Assembly: GCA_040757555.1 (NCBI GenBank)
Contig: JBFLWN010000002.1
Coordinates: 19,116 to 83,115, forward strand
From: Patescibacteria group bacterium
Lineage (GTDB): Bacteria > Patescibacteriota > Minisyncoccia > UBA6257 > GWB1-50-10
Reading direction: 5' to 3'
Length of the DNA: 64,000 nt
The first letter of the stretch is position 1, and each line of letters begins with the position of its first letter. A program made the translations under genes and the position numbers. The notes below the pieces were generated by a model, which worked only from the letters and a program-made list of their open reading frames with translations, was not told the DNA's origin and made no database searches. Shown here in pieces: positions 60,525 to 64,000 of the stretch.

Positions 60525-61487
60525 ATGCTTGTTGATGATGTAAAAATAAAGGTAAAAGCCGGAAACGGAGGAAATGGCGCAGTTGCGTTCAATAAAAACA
60601 TGAAAAGTCTCGGACCCTCTGGGACGCATGGAGGCAATGGAGGAAACGTATATGTGGAAGGAGTCAGTGATTTAAGCGCATTAAACCAATACCGCTTCAA
60701 AAAAGAACAAAATGCGGAAAACGGAAAAGACGGACGTTCACAATTCAGGGACGGCCAGACCGGCAAGGATCTTGTGCTTCCTGTTCCCGTCGGAACAATT
60801 GTGCATAATCTGAGTAATGGGTTTGACGAGGAAGTAACGAAAATTGGAGAAAAAATATTGGTGGCAAAAGGCGGAAGAGGAGGAAAGGGAAACTTTCATT
60901 TTCGATCATCGATAAACACCTCTCCAAAAGAGTTTAATTACGGAACCCCGGGGGAATCGTTTGAAATCCGACTTGAACTGAAACTCATCGCAGATGTTGG
61001 GCTTATTGGTCTTCCGAATGCCGGAAAATCAAGTTTATTAAACGCGCTCACGAACGCAAAAAGCAGAGTGGCAAATTATCAATTCACCACACTCGAACCT
61101 CATCTTGGGGTCTATTATGAACTTATCCTCGCCGATATTCCAGGACTCATAGAAGGCGCTTCATCCGGAAAAGGATTGGGAACCAAGTTTTTGAGACATA
61201 TCGAACGGACAAAGGTGCTTTTTCACCTCATCTCTTCGGAATCCCTTGATATCCCCCGTGATTACAAAATAATCAAAAATGAGTTGGCATCATTCAGTAA
61301 AACTCTTGCCGAAAAAAAGGAATATGTATTTCTCACAAAAAGTGACTTAATAGACGAAAAGGAATTAAAAGAAAAAATAAAAGAACTGAAGAAAATAAAA
61401 GTCTCCCCCATTCCTATTTCGATTATTGATGAAGATAAAATTGAAGAGGTAAAAAAGATTCTCAATAAAATACAAGAAAAAAAATAA
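60525..61487 (+). CDS. obgE: Obg/CgtA GTPase
   Basis: Gly-rich Obg fold, GLPNAGKSS, YQFTT, DIPGLI, TKSD. Confidence 0.92.
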   Translation: MLVDDVKIKVKAGNGGNGAVAFNKNMKSLGPSGTHGGNGGNVYVEGVSDLSALNQYRFKKEQNAENGKDGRSQFRDGQTGKDLVLPVPVGTIVHNLSNGFDEEVTKIGEKILVAKGGRGGKGNFHFRSSINTSPKEFNYGTPGESFEIRLELKLIADVGLIGLPNAGKSSLLNALTNAKSRVANYQFTTLEPHLGVYYELILADIPGLIEGASSGKGLGTKFLRHIERTKVLFHLISSESLDIPRDYKIIKNELASFSKTLAEKKEYVFLTKSDLIDEKELKEKIKELKKIKVSPIPISIIDEDKIEEVKKILNKIQEKK

Positions 61488-61524
61488 AAACAAAAATCCC
61501 CCGATATACCTCAGGGGATTTGTT

Positions 61525-61980
61525 TTATAAAGCGAAAAATATTTCCGGCTGCGTCTCAAGTAATCCAACGAGTGTCAAGACATTATCGGCATAAAGTTTT
61601 GCATTCTCGTTATTCAGTCTCACCCATCCATTACCAGAACAAAATGTCCATTCTTCAATGAACGTAGCGACAACCTTGTCTTTTTTGAGTTGTGATATTG
61701 TCTGAAGAAGTTCAGTTCTCAATGATTCCAAACGAACACGCATATCATCTCTTTTTACTTCCCCTACACTTTGAAGAAAATCTCCGGAGAGAAGAAAATC
61801 AACAAATGCAACCTTCGCCTCACATATAAGTTGAAGACTCAGTTCGTTTTTTGAGACAAATTCATGAATAACAGATGGACCAGAAAGAATGAATGGAGAT
61901 AAAACATCTTCTGCTTCTTTTGAATATCCAGTGTTCTTAAAAAACACTTTTACAATTTCGATTGAAGTGAACGACGACAT
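61525..61980 (-). CDS. Hypothetical protein, cassette gene
   Basis: TTGACT(62046)-17-TATCTT; GAGGG SD; hairpin after stop. Confidence 0.7.
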   Translation of the reverse strand: MSSFTSIEIVKVFFKNTGYSKEAEDVLSPFILSGPSVIHEFVSKNELSLQLICEAKVAFVDFLLSGDFLQSVGEVKRDDMRVRLESLRTELLQTISQLKKDKVVATFIEEWTFCSGNGWVRLNNENAKLYADNVLTLVGLLETQPEIFFAL

Positions 61981-62076
61981 GTGACCCTCTTATTAATAAG
62001 TGAAATTTCTGTTTAGTAAGATATCATTAAAATAGCAATAAGTCAAGGTTTTTAAACCCCATAATGTAAAAAAGCC

Positions 62077-62508
62077 TCATATCGAGGCCTTTTTTCTTAT
62101 TGAAACAATTTCCTTTGTTATTCTCCCTAACAAACCCGCAATAGACGGCTCAAATTCGCATATTCCTTCCTCCTTCAACAAAACCTCAACTTGAAAACTT
62201 GCCCGTGTGAGTGTTATTTTTGCCAAAGAAACGGAATACGGAGATGACTTATCTGTTTTTTCCTTCAAGACATTTATGAACGCCATATCTTTATACACTA
62301 CGAGAGAAAACGGCATGTTATCAACTGTTCCCGTATAGGTCTCCACAATTGAGTTAGGAACCTCATTATCCATGTTCCGAGTCATAAGTGATCCATCATC
62401 TGCGAATTTCAGAAATACCTCCGAAAGGATACACGGAATTGATCCTGTGGATTCCACTCCAAGAAATTTTTTAATATTTTCACGAATCTGCTCTTTTGAA
62501 ATATTCAT
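62077..62508 (-). CDS. Hypothetical protein, SD-led
   Basis: AAGGAG upstream; 143-aa ORF. Confidence 0.65.
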   Translation of the reverse strand: MNISKEQIRENIKKFLGVESTGSIPCILSEVFLKFADDGSLMTRNMDNEVPNSIVETYTGTVDNMPFSLVVYKDMAFINVLKEKTDKSSPYSVSLAKITLTRASFQVEVLLKEEGICEFEPSIAGLLGRITKEIVSIRKKASI

Positions 62509-62525
62509 CCTCTTTTCTCCTTAGT

Positions 62526-63122
62526 TTATTCTTTGTTTTTAAACTTTATTAACAAAAAAATCATTCCGAGCAACATGAGTGTAGATCGTGTTGAATACAC
62601 AATTGAGATTAACTCACCAAAAAACAAAACCGGCACAAATGAAACAACACTTGCGATGAAATAAGATCCCCACAACACAAACGATTCGTTATGTTTCTTT
62701 TCTCTGAAAATATCGATTACGGTAGGAGCATATCCGACACAAATAAGTGCCTGAACGAGAAAATTCGAGAACTGTGCATCTTTGGAAATCCACCACAAAA
62801 TCAGAATCACACCCGAAGCCACAAGACACCATCTATCAAATTTTGTAAGGCGAATATGATATTTATAGAGAAAGAGAATAACTGTGATAACCACACAAGA
62901 GAAAAAATCAGAGGCCTGAAGCGTCATAACCTGCCAATGTAATGCCTTGATGTTTTTACTGACAAATGTGGCAACACCAATACCTGTCGCAACGCTAAAA
63001 ATTATCCATGTCGCCAGTTTTGGAGTTACTTTCTTCCTGTGAACGAAAAAAGAATAAAAGACACAAGCAAATAGATAACAACCCGCGACGAAAACCGCAG
63101 AAATATCCCTGAATGCATCCAC
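62526..63122 (-). CDS. PQ-loop-like multi-TM membrane protein, cassette gene
   Basis: P.LATW motif, PT...ES..LW motif; TTGACG-17-TACTGT; AGGAGG; GTG start. Confidence 0.7.
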   Translation of the reverse strand: MDAFRDISAVFVAGCYLFACVFYSFFVHRKKVTPKLATWIIFSVATGIGVATFVSKNIKALHWQVMTLQASDFFSCVVITVILFLYKYHIRLTKFDRWCLVASGVILILWWISKDAQFSNFLVQALICVGYAPTVIDIFREKKHNESFVLWGSYFIASVVSFVPVLFFGELISIVYSTRSTLMLLGMIFLLIKFKNKE

Positions 63123-63230
63123 CTATTCCTCCTAAAATTGTTAATTTACACTGAGTACACAGTAAAATAAGTTAACCCTTACGTCAATGAGACACTTTAC
63201 AAAAAAGTAAATCTATATTAGAATATAGAA

Positions 63231-63560
63231 ATGGAATACATAATGGAAAAACTCACATGGGCGTGGAATGACCTCAATTTTGTCATTGTGGGAGCGGTAT
63301 TTATCGCATATTTCATCTATGACGTGCTGTATGCATCTTTCACCCTTTCCGTCACGGGTCTTAAGGCGGGACGCGCAGCCACAATCAGTTCAATGTTGTA
63401 TATTATCGGTACGGTCGGAGTGTTAAGTTATGTTGAAAACTTCCTCTACACCATCCCCATTATTATCGGCGGATGGTTTGGCACTTATATTACCGTGCGA
63501 AGAGAAAAAATGAAGAAAGATGGAGAGATAGGTCTTCAAAAAATCCCTTACAATAAGTAA
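63231..63560 (+). CDS. Small 3-TM membrane protein
   Basis: Hydrophobic helices, GGWFGTY motif. Confidence 0.75.
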   Translation: MEYIMEKLTWAWNDLNFVIVGAVFIAYFIYDVLYASFTLSVTGLKAGRAATISSMLYIIGTVGVLSYVENFLYTIPIIIGGWFGTYITVRREKMKKDGEIGLQKIPYNK

Positions 63561-63568
63561 GGGATTTT

Positions 63569-64000
63569 TTACATCATTCTTCGGAGTTCGCAAAATTCAC
63601 ACTTCGGATCATCGCAAAACCTGTCCCAAAACGAAAGATCGAGTATTTCCTGAGAAACTTTCAAAATAAGTTTCTTCAACTCCTCGACGTCTTCATTGGT
63701 AATTTCGAAACGTTCTTTTTTGTATCTCCCCTTCTCATCCGGTTCGACGAAATCAATATCTCCCGAAACCATACGAAATTTTTCTCCATCTTTATAGAGA
63801 TCCAAAAGGAGAAAATAAAACGCAAGTTGACGCTTAATATCTCCGTCGGAAGATTTTGTCGTTCCCTCTATCACCCCACGAGATTTTGGCTTTCCTGTTT
63901 TATAATCGACGACATTCACGTGCCCCTCGTCATCCAAAATTTCCATTTTATCAATGATTCCCGTAAGACGAACATCGGGAGTCAAAAGTGCTCCTTGTAT
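63569..64000 (-). CDS. C-terminal PD-(D/E)XK nuclease domain of a larger (probably UvrD/AddAB-type) protein; 5' part outside window
   Basis: LTGIIDK...VVDYKTG...QLAFY, C...CEFC. Confidence 0.8.
   Translation of the reverse strand: MQGALLTPDVRLTGIIDKMEILDDEGHVNVVDYKTGKPKSRGVIEGTTKSSDGDIKRQLAFYFLLLDLYKDGEKFRMVSGDIDFVEPDEKGRYKKERFEITNEDVEELKKLILKVSQEILDLSFWDRFCDDPKCEFCELRRMM

Noticed and set aside
875-62942. Many 60-200 aa ORFs antisense to or overlapping recognised genes
   Set aside because: Shadow ORFs without motifs or independent expression signals.

Overview
AT-rich bacterial chromosome segment, standard genetic code. Gene content and order (dnaG-rpoD, short alaS, FtsA-like/baseplate-J-like/S41 peptidase/rplI, rpmA, murC, murE-femX-M23-gltX-murG-ftsW, tgt, obg, rsgA) look like a Patescibacteria/Parcubacteria (CPR) genome; that assignment is my inference. 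It has two tRNAs (Ser-GGA, Gln-CTG). I found no CRISPR array, integrase, transposase or reverse transcriptase. The most striking pattern is two expression grammars. Housekeeping genes start about 5-11 nt after a -10 box with no Shine-Dalgarno. About 20 accessory genes instead sit as self-contained units: near-consensus TTGACA-N16-18-TANNNT promoter, AT-rich leader, strong SD, ORF, hairpin terminator. These units occur singly between core genes or chained with a terminator directly abutting the next -35. Other notable items are a leader-peptide attenuator before an MFS transporter, a 28-bp 11-6-11 dif-like site, ATTC/GAAT period-8 palindromes, a tRNA-Ser-derived structured element, a HEPN/PIN defence-like cluster beside tRNA-Gln, and a kinase/PP-loop fusion. 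All product calls come from motif recognition by eye; no database searches were run.
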